Shown: one piece after another, positions 48,568 to 58,039 of the stretch | Position numbering within the stretch: position 1 is the first letter of the stretch | Layout: every line of letters starts with the position of its first letter | Assembly (NCBI GenBank): GCA_903908285.1 | Contig: CAIVRH010000009.1 | Coordinates: 7,537 to 71,536, forward strand | DNA from: an uncultured candidate division Zixibacteria bacterium | GTDB lineage: Bacteria; Zixibacteria; MSB-5A5; SM1-73 | Direction of reading: 5' to 3' | Length of the DNA stretch: 64,000 nucleotides | The notes under the pieces: generated by a model | Database searches by the model: none | Told to the model about the DNA's origin: nothing | What the model saw: only the letters and a program-made list of their open reading frames with translations | Made by a program: the position numbers and the translations under genes

Positions 48568-49857
48568 CTAACTGCTTAAGGGCAATCTGATTTGTACCAT
48601 AGTCCCTTTTCCCAACTTGCTTTCCACCTGGATATCTCCTTGATGTGCCTCCACAATTTTTTTGACCGTGGCCAAACCTAAACCGGTACCCCTTTCTTTG
48701 GTGGTAAAGAAGGGGGTGAATAATTTCTCTTTGGCGGTTTGGCTCATCCCGGTACCGGTATCCGATATCCTCAACCTTAACATTTTTATTTCGGTTTTGT
48801 TGGAATCAAGAACACCGGCTTCTCCATTCAACTCTATCCTGATCTCGCCGCCATGAGGCATGGCTTGGACCGAATTGTGTAAGAGGTTTAATAACACCTG
48901 ACGAAATTGCTCCGGATCCACCCGGCAGTAAAGATCGTTTTGGGAATAGCTCTTCTTTATCCGAACATTGCTTTTATTCCGGGTGGCATCCATTTCAAAG
49001 AAATTAATCGCCTCTTCAATGAAATTGACCAGGTTGGTTATTTTAGGATTAAGCCTAATAGGTTTAGTGTGATCCAACAAACCGAGAACGATTCGATCCA
49101 AAGCCTCCACCCCCTCAATGATTTTTTTGACTAATCTTTTGCGCGGATCCCCGTCCACCAAGTCCCGATCAAGAAGATCTGCAAATCCCCGAATACCTCC
49201 TAAAGGATTTTTTACCTCATGAGCCACCACCGCTGCCATCTCACCTAAGGTGGCTAAGGTCTTCATCCTCAGCATCTCCTCTTCCATTTGCTTTGATCTG
49301 GTCAAATCGAAGAATATTTCTACTGCCCCCAAAATCTCCCCCTCTTGATCCTTGAGCAGCGATGTGGAAAAACTGACAGGTATATTCTTGCCGGTTTGCG
49401 ACTGAATTTCCTTCTCCCCCTTTGCACAGGATTCGGATTCCGACCGGCTCCGTTCATAACATTCAAGGACAAAGGGAAGGGTTAGCTTTTCATCTGCTCC
49501 TTTGCCCATTACCTCCCCATATAGTTTTCCGATAGCCATCTCTGCCCGGTGTCCTAAAATCTCCTCCGCCTTCCGATTAAAAAGGGTTACCTTACCTCCC
49601 AGGTCTATAGCTAGAACCCCGGAGGTTAAACTTTCCAATATATTGGTAAGATACCGGGAAACCTTCTCTTTTTCAACCAGACTCTCCTTTAAGTTTATAT
49701 TGGTCTCCTCCATTTTGCGGTTAAGATCTCCGAATCTATCTTCTAACTCCTGATAAGCAGAGCGTAATTCCTGGGTAACTTGATTAAACGTGGAAAAAGA
49801 TGCAGTCAATTTCTCTATTTCTTCCTCCGAAATATTCCGGCGTGGCTTTTCTTCCAT
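48568..49857 (-). CDS. PAS sensor histidine kinase (FleS/FlrB-like)
   Basis: N-terminal coiled coil, PAS (ILESLTSGVLAID..G.VTLFNR.AE), H-box VAHEVKNPL and GTGLGL. No TM helix. Confidence 0.88.
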   Translation of the reverse strand: MEEKPRRNISEEEIEKLTASFSTFNQVTQELRSAYQELEDRFGDLNRKMEETNINLKESLVEKEKVSRYLTNILESLTSGVLAIDLGGKVTLFNRKAEEILGHRAEMAIGKLYGEVMGKGADEKLTLPFVLECYERSRSESESCAKGEKEIQSQTGKNIPVSFSTSLLKDQEGEILGAVEIFFDLTRSKQMEEEMLRMKTLATLGEMAAVVAHEVKNPLGGIRGFADLLDRDLVDGDPRKRLVKKIIEGVEALDRIVLGLLDHTKPIRLNPKITNLVNFIEEAINFFEMDATRNKSNVRIKKSYSQNDLYCRVDPEQFRQVLLNLLHNSVQAMPHGGEIRIELNGEAGVLDSNKTEIKMLRLRISDTGTGMSQTAKEKLFTPFFTTKERGTGLGLATVKKIVEAHQGDIQVESKLGKGTMVQIRLPLSS

Positions 49858-50040
49858 CTTTATCCCTCTTTCCCAAGAAATTTATATGCATTCTCTTGAC
49901 TTAGTTAATTTAATCTGCCCGCTGCCTGATGGCAACATATTTTTGTCTGCCGGATGGATAAAAATAGATTTGCACAATTTGCGGAATCTGGTCAAATATG
50001 ATGAAAATTCTATCGATTAGGATTGCGCCCGTTCTCATAT

Positions 50041-50070
50041 GAAGCTCCCCACCGCAAGCAGCGGGGAATT
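50041..50070. repeat. REP-like GC-rich palindrome
   Basis: TCCCC-ACCGC-AA-GCAGC-GGGGA imperfect hairpin; single copy in the window. Confidence 0.4.
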
Positions 50071-50118
50071 TAACCCTTAGAGCTTAAAAAAAGAAGAGAA
50101 CCTATCCAGAGGATTTCG

Positions 50119-50445
50119 TTATCCCGGATTATCTGCCGTTAGGATTTTCTGTATTTTATCTTCGATTATCATGATTTGCTTAGTCTTTTCAACAATTTGC
50201 GAGAGTAGAATTTTAACACCCGCCAGATCTTGCAAATTGGGATCTTTTCCGCTGGTTATTTCGGTTGCCGAAATCCTATCGGTTAACCGAGCAATATTCC
50301 GGGCAACTACCTGTTTTTGTTCAAGAAGGGTGAGGATATCAACCGGTGATCCTTCATTCTCTAATTCCGACAAAATAGTTCTGGATAGTATTAAAACCTG
50401 GTCATAATCATTCAATATGTTATTGTATTCTTCCAAAAGGCTCAT
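50119..50445 (-). CDS. Small all-helical protein (FliT/FlgN-like)
   Basis: 108 aa, heptad-rich (LLEQKQVVARNI). The family call is tentative. Confidence 0.55.
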   Translation of the reverse strand: MSLLEEYNNILNDYDQVLILSRTILSELENEGSPVDILTLLEQKQVVARNIARLTDRISATEITSGKDPNLQDLAGVKILLSQIVEKTKQIMIIEDKIQKILTADNPG

Positions 50446-50492
50446 GACTTTGCTTTTTAGTTAAAAATAGAGGGAAAGGCAATCTAAAGAAT

Positions 50493-50963
50493 TTACTCGG
50501 AGAGACCGGTTATATTATGGGAGTCTGTAACTCTATGCAGTTTGGCTTCCAATTCAGTAATCCGATTCCTAAGTTTTCCTATTTCGGTTCTTAGCTTATG
50601 TTCCTGAAAAGCGTTTTCAATTGAAGATTTTAAGTCGTTCAATTTAAAAGGCTTTATAACATAATCACAAGCTCCGTAACGCAGCGCCTCAATGGAGCTT
50701 TCAATAGTCGGATATCCGGTCATGATGATGGCTATGGCATCGGGAGCGGTTTTCTTTATTTGTTTTAAGGCTTCGATTCCATCCATTCCCGACATCTTAA
50801 GATCCAGTAAAATCACGTCTGCTGTTTGGATGCTCATCATTTGAACTGCTTTTTCACCGGAATCTGCTAAGATCACCTCGTAACCCTGGGTACTCAAAAA
50901 CTCCAAAAGCAACTCCCGCACAAAGAGCTCATCATCTACCACTAAGATTTTTTCGGAAGACAT
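50493..50963 (-). CDS. Single-domain response regulator with C-terminal coiled coil
   Basis: VVDDE, LLDLKM, MTGY and KPF motifs, then a short coiled-coil tail. Confidence 0.9.
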   Translation of the reverse strand: MSSEKILVVDDELFVRELLLEFLSTQGYEVILADSGEKAVQMMSIQTADVILLDLKMSGMDGIEALKQIKKTAPDAIAIIMTGYPTIESSIEALRYGACDYVIKPFKLNDLKSSIENAFQEHKLRTEIGKLRNRITELEAKLHRVTDSHNITGLSE

Positions 50964-51308
50964 AATTGGTACCTGGTCCGGTCAGTCAAAGATACGTTCA
51001 GGCGCGACAAGCTTAGATTACAAGGTAGCTTACTTTTTACCACAATATAGATGCTGATTATTGTTGTTTCTATATTCCAGAAAACTCATTTAAAGAAAAA
51101 AGGCGTCGAAAGACTGTCAGGTTTTGTCGGTAGTCCATATATATCCGATTTCTAAATTAGCCGGTTTATCTTATCGATCACACCCTACTTATTAATTATC
51201 GTTACTTAGCTGGAAAATCTTGAGTTTTACTGCTCGTAGGTTATGTTCCGAAGTCAAAATATTAATTATTTGTTCAGATTCGACACTATTTTCGTCCGTA
51301 ATTAATCC

Positions 51309-53129
51309 TTATATCTGCTTAATTCTTCTTTTTCCTCTTATTCTTGAATGTGATCCTTTGCGTTTGCCCTTGGATTTATTTTCCCTCCTGTTTTTGCTTC
51401 TGACAAGCTTGCCGATCTCCCTTCTCAATATCTCCTCGATACTTTTTTGAGTTTCATCCGGTTCCAACAAAGCCAGTTTCAATACTTCTTCAATTCGCTC
51501 CACGAAGATGAATTTGGTTTCATTCCTGATCTTATCCGGCAGATCCAGCAGATTCTTCTCGTTCCCCTTGGGAAATATCACGATGCGAATTCCCACCCGA
51601 TGAGCTGCGGATGCTTTCTCTCTTACTCCCGCCACCGGTATTAATCTCCCTCGCAAAGAGACCTCCCCGGACATAGCCAGGTCATTTCGTATGGGCTTGT
51701 TACTCATCACTGAAGCTATGACTAAAGAGACAGTGATACCGGCAGAAGGTCCGTCCTTGGGAATGGCACCGGATGGAAAATGAATGTGGATATCATTACT
51801 GGTGAAATCATCATAGTTTATTCCCAATATTTCCGCTTTTGAGCGAACATAACTATGAGCCGCCTGAATCGACTCTTTCATCACCTCCCCCAACTGCCCC
51901 GTAGAAATCACCTGTCCATTCCCTTTCATCTTTAAGGCTTCAATCAACATCAGGTCTCCGCCGGCTTCGGTCCAAGCCAATCCAATAGCTACCCCAATCT
52001 CCGGCTTTTTAGGAATTATATCGGGTATGTAAACCGGATTACCTAAATATTCCTCCAGGTTATCCACCGTAACCACGAACGGAGAAAAAACCTGGGAGGT
52101 TTTGGCGCGAGCGCAACGCCGACAGATATTCTCCATCTCCCTCTGCAGGCTTCTGATCCCCGCTTCCACCGTGTATTGCCGAATTACTTTTTTTAAGGCT
52201 CCATCCGTAAATCGAAGGTCCTGATCGGTCAAGCCATGCCTTTTCAACAACATGGGCAGGATGAATTTCTTGGCGATCTCCAACTTTTCTTCCTCAATAA
52301 AACCGGAGAATTCGATGATTTCCACAAAGTCTTGCAGCGATGCTGGTATCTCATCTGCAACCAGAGCGGTGGTCACGAAAATTGTATCCGAAAGATCATA
52401 GGGCAATCCTAAATAGTGATCAAAGAAATTTGAATTCCTCTCCGGTTCCAAAGCTTCAGTCAGAGCAGTGGCCGGATCGCCTTTCAGGCTCTCGGTCGCC
52501 ATCTTGTCGATATTCTCTATCATGATTAAAGGATTAGGACACCCTGCCTCTTTAATGGCATTTATAATTTTCCCGGGAAATGCCTCGGTGAAGGTGGAAC
52601 GTGTCCCCTTGATTTCAGCTTCGTCTCTCACTCCCGACACGCTAACCCTCACAAATTTCCGGTCCAATGCTTTGGCTAGGGCAATACCCAGGGAGGTCTT
52701 ACCCGTGCCGGCGGGACCTGCAAAACACAGGACTATCCCCTTCAAGTCTTTTTTTAGCTTTCTAACACTGAAAAGCTGGAGGATATTTTCCTTAACCTTT
52801 TCCTGCCCAAAAAATTCCTCTTTTAAGATTCCCTCCAATTTGCTTATATCCACCTCCCCGCAGCTTTCTTTTTTCCAGGGAAGCGACAAAAACCAGTCTA
52901 TATGGGTTGTCACCATGCCATATTCCGCTGAGGCGGTGGAGATCAATCTTAACCTTTCCGCTTCCAGAAATGCTTGCTTTTTCACATAGGGAGGGAGAGA
53001 TGCCGCTTTAATCTTTTCTTTTAACCCAACCACTTCTTTTTCCTGAAGCCCTGCTTCTCCCCATTCCACCTGGTTTATTTTCGACTCTTTACGGTAATTT
53101 TGATTCTTCGCTTTTCGGTTCAAGTTCAC
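51309..53129 (-). CDS. Lon-family (S16) protease lacking the N-terminal domain, with degenerate AAA+ module
   Basis: Walker A GPAGTGKT, RDEAEI, DHYL and PKDGPSAG (Ser), G..EK (Lys). Walker B reads IENID. Confidence 0.88.
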   Translation of the reverse strand: MNLNRKAKNQNYRKESKINQVEWGEAGLQEKEVVGLKEKIKAASLPPYVKKQAFLEAERLRLISTASAEYGMVTTHIDWFLSLPWKKESCGEVDISKLEGILKEEFFGQEKVKENILQLFSVRKLKKDLKGIVLCFAGPAGTGKTSLGIALAKALDRKFVRVSVSGVRDEAEIKGTRSTFTEAFPGKIINAIKEAGCPNPLIMIENIDKMATESLKGDPATALTEALEPERNSNFFDHYLGLPYDLSDTIFVTTALVADEIPASLQDFVEIIEFSGFIEEEKLEIAKKFILPMLLKRHGLTDQDLRFTDGALKKVIRQYTVEAGIRSLQREMENICRRCARAKTSQVFSPFVVTVDNLEEYLGNPVYIPDIIPKKPEIGVAIGLAWTEAGGDLMLIEALKMKGNGQVISTGQLGEVMKESIQAAHSYVRSKAEILGINYDDFTSNDIHIHFPSGAIPKDGPSAGITVSLVIASVMSNKPIRNDLAMSGEVSLRGRLIPVAGVREKASAAHRVGIRIVIFPKGNEKNLLDLPDKIRNETKFIFVERIEEVLKLALLEPDETQKSIEEILRREIGKLVRSKNRRENKSKGKRKGSHSRIRGKRRIKQI

Positions 53130-53306
53130 CCCTCAAAGATAAGGTATGTTGGTAATGGCTGTGTTATATTGATTTCGGCATTCAAGCTTTCGATAATTAA
53201 TCTTATACCCAATATTCTATTGCATCACTGAAGACTTTGTAAACCATTTATGGTTAATAGCGATAAAGAAAGCATAAGGATCCTCATGTTCCCTTGGGTT
53301 GGGGAA

Positions 53307-55004
53307 TCACATTCTTTCCGGAGCTTCTATCCCCAACAGTGAAAGTCCGTTTTTAAGGGTACTTTGAATAGCTTTAACAAGAAACATGCGGGCATCAGTT
53401 AAACCAGCTTCTTCAGTGATGATTCTGTGCTGTTGGTAGAAACGATTGAAGTTTGCGCATAGATCGATTAAAAAAGTACAGATATACGAAGGCTCATAGT
53501 TCTCTGCGGCAAACTTGATCATCCGGGGGAAACTCTCCAACAATTTGATAAGGGTGATTTCCTCATCGGTGCTAATAACTCTATAGTCAACTTCCTTACC
53601 TATAGGTTTTTCATATTTCCTCATCAAACTGCACAATCGAGCATGGGTATATTGCACGTAAGGAGCGGACTCGCCATCGAAGGAGAGAGCCTGGTCCCAG
53701 TCAAAGTCGATATCTTTGTTCCGGCGGGTAGATAAGTCGGCAAAGATCACCGCTCCTATTCCCACTTCCTTTGCTACCTCTTCCTTATTTTCCAATTCCG
53801 GATTTTTCTCCTCTATGATTCTCCGGGAAAGCTCAATGGATTTGTTCAAAACGTCTTCCAAAAGGATTATGTTCCCTTTCCGGGTGGACATCATCTCCTG
53901 TTTGAACTTGATCCAACCAAAATCGACATGAACACAATCATATGCCCATTGGTATCCCATCAACTCCAACACCTTGAACAGTTGTTGGAAGTGAAGTTTC
54001 TGGGCTGTTCCTACGACGTAAAGTGATTTGTAAAAATGATAGGTATTGTAACGGTAAATAGCTGCGGCGATATCCCTGGTTGCATATAGGGTGGCCTCAT
54101 CCTTTTTCCTCAAAAGACAAGGAGGCATCCCAAACCTCTCCAGATTGACAACCAAAGCGTCTTGGCTTATTTCCGCCAATCCTTTACCTTTGATCTCCTG
54201 AATGGTTGGTTCCATTTGATCATTATAGAAGCTCTCCCCGGCAATAGCATCGAATTCTATTCCCAGGATCCGGTATACCCGGTTGAATTCCTCCAAACTG
54301 TAGGATCTGAATTTCTCCCATAACGCTTTCGCCTCACGATCTCCGTCTTCCAGTTTTTTGAACCATAAACGTGCTTCTTCCTCCAGCTTGGGATCTTTTT
54401 CCTCCTCCCGGTGGAATCTGACATAGAGATCGTAGAGAGTAGCGATGGGGTCTTTAATCAACTCATTTTCATCCCCCCACATCTTATAAGCCAGAATTAC
54501 CTTACCAAATTGAGTCCCCCAATCTCCCAGATGATTGATGCGAACCGTTTTGAATCCAAGCTTTGTGAAAATATGATACAGGCTGTTACCAATCACTGTG
54601 GTTCTCAAGTGTCCGATTCCAAAGGGTTTAGCGATGTTGGGTGAAGAAAAATCAATCAGGATGGTTTTGTCATTACCCGTGTTATCTGACCCATAATTCT
54701 CTCCCTGTTCGAAAATCAAAGAGAGCACAGATTCAGCTAATCGAGTTTTGCTTACTTTAAAATTCAAATAAGGACCGATGGAATAGATCTCCTGAATCAA
54801 TTCCGTAGGCTTAAATCGGGAAGCAAGATCAGTGGCAATCTGGTTTGGGGCTTTTTTCAATTTTTTGCTTAAAACGAAACAGGGGAAAGCATAATCCCCT
54901 AATTTCTCGTCTGGGGGAACCTCTACTGAATCTCTGATCTCTTGTTCCGGGATATCAACCATCGCGGATATCATTTTTATTATGTCATCTACAAATATAT
55001 TCAT
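53307..55004 (-). CDS. argS: Arginine--tRNA ligase
   Basis: FSSPNIAKPFGIGHLR (HIGH), NHLGDWGTQFG, MSTRKG and G..APYVQY.HAR. Confidence 0.97.
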   Translation of the reverse strand: MNIFVDDIIKMISAMVDIPEQEIRDSVEVPPDEKLGDYAFPCFVLSKKLKKAPNQIATDLASRFKPTELIQEIYSIGPYLNFKVSKTRLAESVLSLIFEQGENYGSDNTGNDKTILIDFSSPNIAKPFGIGHLRTTVIGNSLYHIFTKLGFKTVRINHLGDWGTQFGKVILAYKMWGDENELIKDPIATLYDLYVRFHREEEKDPKLEEEARLWFKKLEDGDREAKALWEKFRSYSLEEFNRVYRILGIEFDAIAGESFYNDQMEPTIQEIKGKGLAEISQDALVVNLERFGMPPCLLRKKDEATLYATRDIAAAIYRYNTYHFYKSLYVVGTAQKLHFQQLFKVLELMGYQWAYDCVHVDFGWIKFKQEMMSTRKGNIILLEDVLNKSIELSRRIIEEKNPELENKEEVAKEVGIGAVIFADLSTRRNKDIDFDWDQALSFDGESAPYVQYTHARLCSLMRKYEKPIGKEVDYRVISTDEEITLIKLLESFPRMIKFAAENYEPSYICTFLIDLCANFNRFYQQHRIITEEAGLTDARMFLVKAIQSTLKNGLSLLGIEAPERM

Positions 55005-55177
55005 AGGGATTTTAAGTTACAAAGAAACCAGAAAATTTGCAACTTAAAATTTGATGTGATTAGAGACAGAACATTCTGAAGGAAACATCTTAAGTTTTAC
55101 TTGAATATAGTAATTCATTAATACAATATTTCTAATGTATTATATGGCAACATATTAGGAGTTCATTGATTTTATAC

Positions 55178-55205
55178 TTGACTTATTTTAGGGGATAAGT
55201 AAATT
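55178..55205 (+). promoter_or_regulatory. Sigma-70-type promoter
   Basis: TTGACT-N16-TAAATT upstream of 55269. Confidence 0.5.
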
Positions 55206-55268
55206 ATAATTATTAATATCTTGAATTGATTCAAATCTTCAAAACCTTCTATCGGAAAGGAGGGGATC

Positions 55269-56942
55269 ATGAATCCCAAAAAAATCTTTGTGGTTATGAT
55301 GGCTTTGGTGCTTGCTATATTTGTTATTTCCTTAGCCTCAGCTTTTGCCCAGGTTGACACTGCCTGGGTAAGAAGATACAAGAGAGGCGATTATGCTTCC
55401 GCTATAGCTGTAGATAGTTCTGGTAATGTCTATGTGACGGGAGCAGGTGCGGGCTATGCGACCATAAAGTATCATCCTAATGGAGATAGCGCTTGGGCGA
55501 GAAGCTACAATGGAGGTGATGACGCTTACAGTATAGCCGTAGATGCTTCTGGTAATGTCTATGTGACGGGATTAGGTAATGGATGGGATTATGCCACCAT
55601 AAAGTATCTTCCCAATGGAGACACTGCCTGGGTGAGAAGATACGAGGGATCAGCTCATTCCTACGATGCAGCTTATGCCATAGCAGTTGATGGTTTTGGC
55701 AATGTTTATGTGACAGGGGAAAGTGACGATAGTGTGACAGATGCTGACTATGCCACCATAAAATATTATTCCAATGGAGATACTGTCTGGGTGAGAAGAT
55801 ACGATGGGCGAGGAGGTGGTCGGGATTTGGCAATTGATATAGCGGTAGATAGGTCGGGCAATGTCTATGTGACTGGAAGGAGTTTGACATTTGGTGACTG
55901 CGCTACGATAAAGTATTATCCTAATGGAGACACTGCCTGGGTGAGAAGATATAATGAATCTGGAAATACTTATGAAAGTGGCTGGGCCATAACTGTGGAT
56001 AGTTCTGGTTATGTCTATGTCACTGGGGGAGGTGACAGCAGTGGGACGTTTGACTATCTCACTATAAAATATTATCCCAATGGAGATATTGCTTGGGTGA
56101 GAACATACAACGGACCGGGAAACGGGATTGATGATGCTAGTGCCATAGCTGTAGATCGTTCTGGTAATGTCTATGTGACTGGATATAGTGAAGGTGTTGG
56201 AACGTTTGAAGACTATGCCACCATTAAGTATTATTCCGATGGGGGTACTGCCTGGGTAACAAGATACAATGGACCTGGAGACTCTTCCGATTGGGCTAAT
56301 GCAATAACCTTAGATGGTTCTGGTAATGTTTATGTGACAGGCGAAAGTTGGGACACGACAAGCTCTGATTATGCTACTATAAGGTATGATTCATTAGGAA
56401 ATGAGATTTGGGTAAAAAGATACAATGGATCGCGAAATGAGGATGATTATGCCATCGCTATAGCAGTAGATGATTCTACCAATGTGTATGTAACGGGATC
56501 AAGTGGGTTTGACTGGGACTATGTAACCATAAAGTATATTCAGCCAAGCATCAATGTTATTTCACCAAACGGGGGAGAGATTTGGAGCGGTGGTTACCAG
56601 TACTATATTAGATGGTCTTCTGGGAAGTTTGTTGGAGACATTAAAATAGATTACTCTATTAACAGCGGAGCGAGTTTTGATTCTCTAATTTGTTCGAATT
56701 GTCCAAACACTGGCCAATTTCTCTGGACAATACCCTGCAACGTGTCTTCTAACTACTGTCGGGTTCGAGTGTGTGATGCAGCAGACTGTGTTCCAGCAGA
56801 CACAAGCAATGCTGATTTCACCATCACTTACTGTGTTCCCGTATTAACCAACTACGGAATCATTGTTTTGCTCATCCTTATGGTAAGCTCAACCATTTGG
56901 ATTATGAGAAGAAAGAAGTTAATCTCACAGAGAAACATATAG
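55269..56942 (+). CDS. Surface protein: eight SBBP beta-propeller repeats, SPNGGE Ig domain and IPTL-CTERM-like anchor
   Basis: RBS AAGGAGG and signal peptide. Eight W.R.Y....AIAVD.SGNVYVTG...YATIKY repeats. C-terminus VPVLTNYG-TM-RRKK. Confidence 0.85.
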   Translation: MNPKKIFVVMMALVLAIFVISLASAFAQVDTAWVRRYKRGDYASAIAVDSSGNVYVTGAGAGYATIKYHPNGDSAWARSYNGGDDAYSIAVDASGNVYVTGLGNGWDYATIKYLPNGDTAWVRRYEGSAHSYDAAYAIAVDGFGNVYVTGESDDSVTDADYATIKYYSNGDTVWVRRYDGRGGGRDLAIDIAVDRSGNVYVTGRSLTFGDCATIKYYPNGDTAWVRRYNESGNTYESGWAITVDSSGYVYVTGGGDSSGTFDYLTIKYYPNGDIAWVRTYNGPGNGIDDASAIAVDRSGNVYVTGYSEGVGTFEDYATIKYYSDGGTAWVTRYNGPGDSSDWANAITLDGSGNVYVTGESWDTTSSDYATIRYDSLGNEIWVKRYNGSRNEDDYAIAIAVDDSTNVYVTGSSGFDWDYVTIKYIQPSINVISPNGGEIWSGGYQYYIRWSSGKFVGDIKIDYSINSGASFDSLICSNCPNTGQFLWTIPCNVSSNYCRVRVCDAADCVPADTSNADFTITYCVPVLTNYGIIVLLILMVSSTIWIMRRKKLISQRNI

Positions 56943-57020
56943 ACACTGGTTGGTTGATGTAGTCAAAAACACAACCTTCGATTTCATGTAAACTTAATTG
57001 TTCACCACCTACTCTTTTTG

Positions 57021-57068
57021 AAGGCGGGTGATTCATATGAATGCATACTCATTCTCACCCGCCTTTTC
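57021..57068 (+). terminator. Rho-independent terminator
   Basis: AAGGCGGGTGA...TCACCCGCCTTTT. Confidence 0.65.
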
Positions 57069-57240
57069 ATTTCCCCATGAGAACATGTTTGAGCGTTCGT
57101 TGGAAACATGAGCCAGAAACAGAGATATAAACAAAAACATATCCACATAAATACCCTGTGTCTTTCGACTTAGATAGGCAGTTTAGATCATTTCGCCAAT
57201 CTATTGTGATGTCATGACTTATAAATTCCTAATCTTTTTC

Positions 57241-57269
57241 TTGACTTTTCCTTAGTCGGATGCTAAATT
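57241..57269 (+). promoter_or_regulatory. Sigma-70-type promoter with extended -10
   Basis: TTGACT-N17-TAAATT, with TG just upstream of the -10. Confidence 0.5.
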
Positions 57270-57543
57270 AAGTATGTCCAAGTAGACATCAATCTTGCAA
57301 TTGCTAAAACATTAAAAAACCAATAAAAGGACAAGGATGTCCAAACACTTGATGCTGTCATTATGAGTTTGGCGATTTTTAAAATATTATATTAATAACC
57401 GTCTTTGCCTTGGTCGATTTGGATACCGACTAATTAGAAGAAAATGGAACACACCGTTATCTTAAAAAAGAAAGGGAACTTTTCCTGCTAATTTAATGTA
57501 GTTAACTTATATATAAACCATTCTATCCAGGAACAGCGGTTTC

Positions 57544-57843
57544 ATGTGCATAGAGATTGACAAAACGGCTCGCAAGATCATTTTCAAATTCCGGGCAGGC
57601 TCAGCCAAGAAAGTTTGTCTGGCTGGTGATTTTAATAAATGGAATGAAGAATCACATCCGATGGAGAAAATTGGAGATTTTTGGCATCTGACTCTTCAAT
57701 TGCTCCCGGGTGAATATAGATTCAAATACTTAATTGATGGTTTCTGGCATAATGATCTTGAAGCTCATAAATATGCCCCCAATGCATGGGGCAGTGACGA
57801 TTCGGTAGTGGTGGTTCCCGAGCCGACTTCAGGAGTAACGTAG
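57544..57843 (+). CDS. Stand-alone CBM48 / AMPK-beta-like glycogen-binding domain protein
   Basis: AKKVCLAGDFNKW...L.LLPGEYRFKYLIDG.W..D motif. Confidence 0.85.
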   Translation: MCIEIDKTARKIIFKFRAGSAKKVCLAGDFNKWNEESHPMEKIGDFWHLTLQLLPGEYRFKYLIDGFWHNDLEAHKYAPNAWGSDDSVVVVPEPTSGVT

Positions 57844-58039
57844 TAGAATGGAATTGATCATATAGTTTCCTCAGCAAATTCCTGTTAGTTATCTTAATTC
57901 CTGTCGATTCCACGTTTTATTATCTATTAACTGCAGCAGGCATTTCTCTATCCGCCTTTATTCCAAGTTTATATTTGACAAAAAGTATTGTAAACAATAT
58001 ATTTTGGAAGCAACAGAAAACAATGAGGTCAAAACCAAT

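Noticed and set aside
38362-50963. Integrative element at tRNA-Leu(GAG) carrying the C25 gene and the signalling cluster
   Set aside because: No integrase, and I saw no duplicated tRNA 3' end.
49929-55156. Identical 13-mer ATGGCAACATATT at 49929 and 55144
   Set aside because: Tens of 13-mer matches are expected by chance in 64 kb, and neither copy has a -12 GC.
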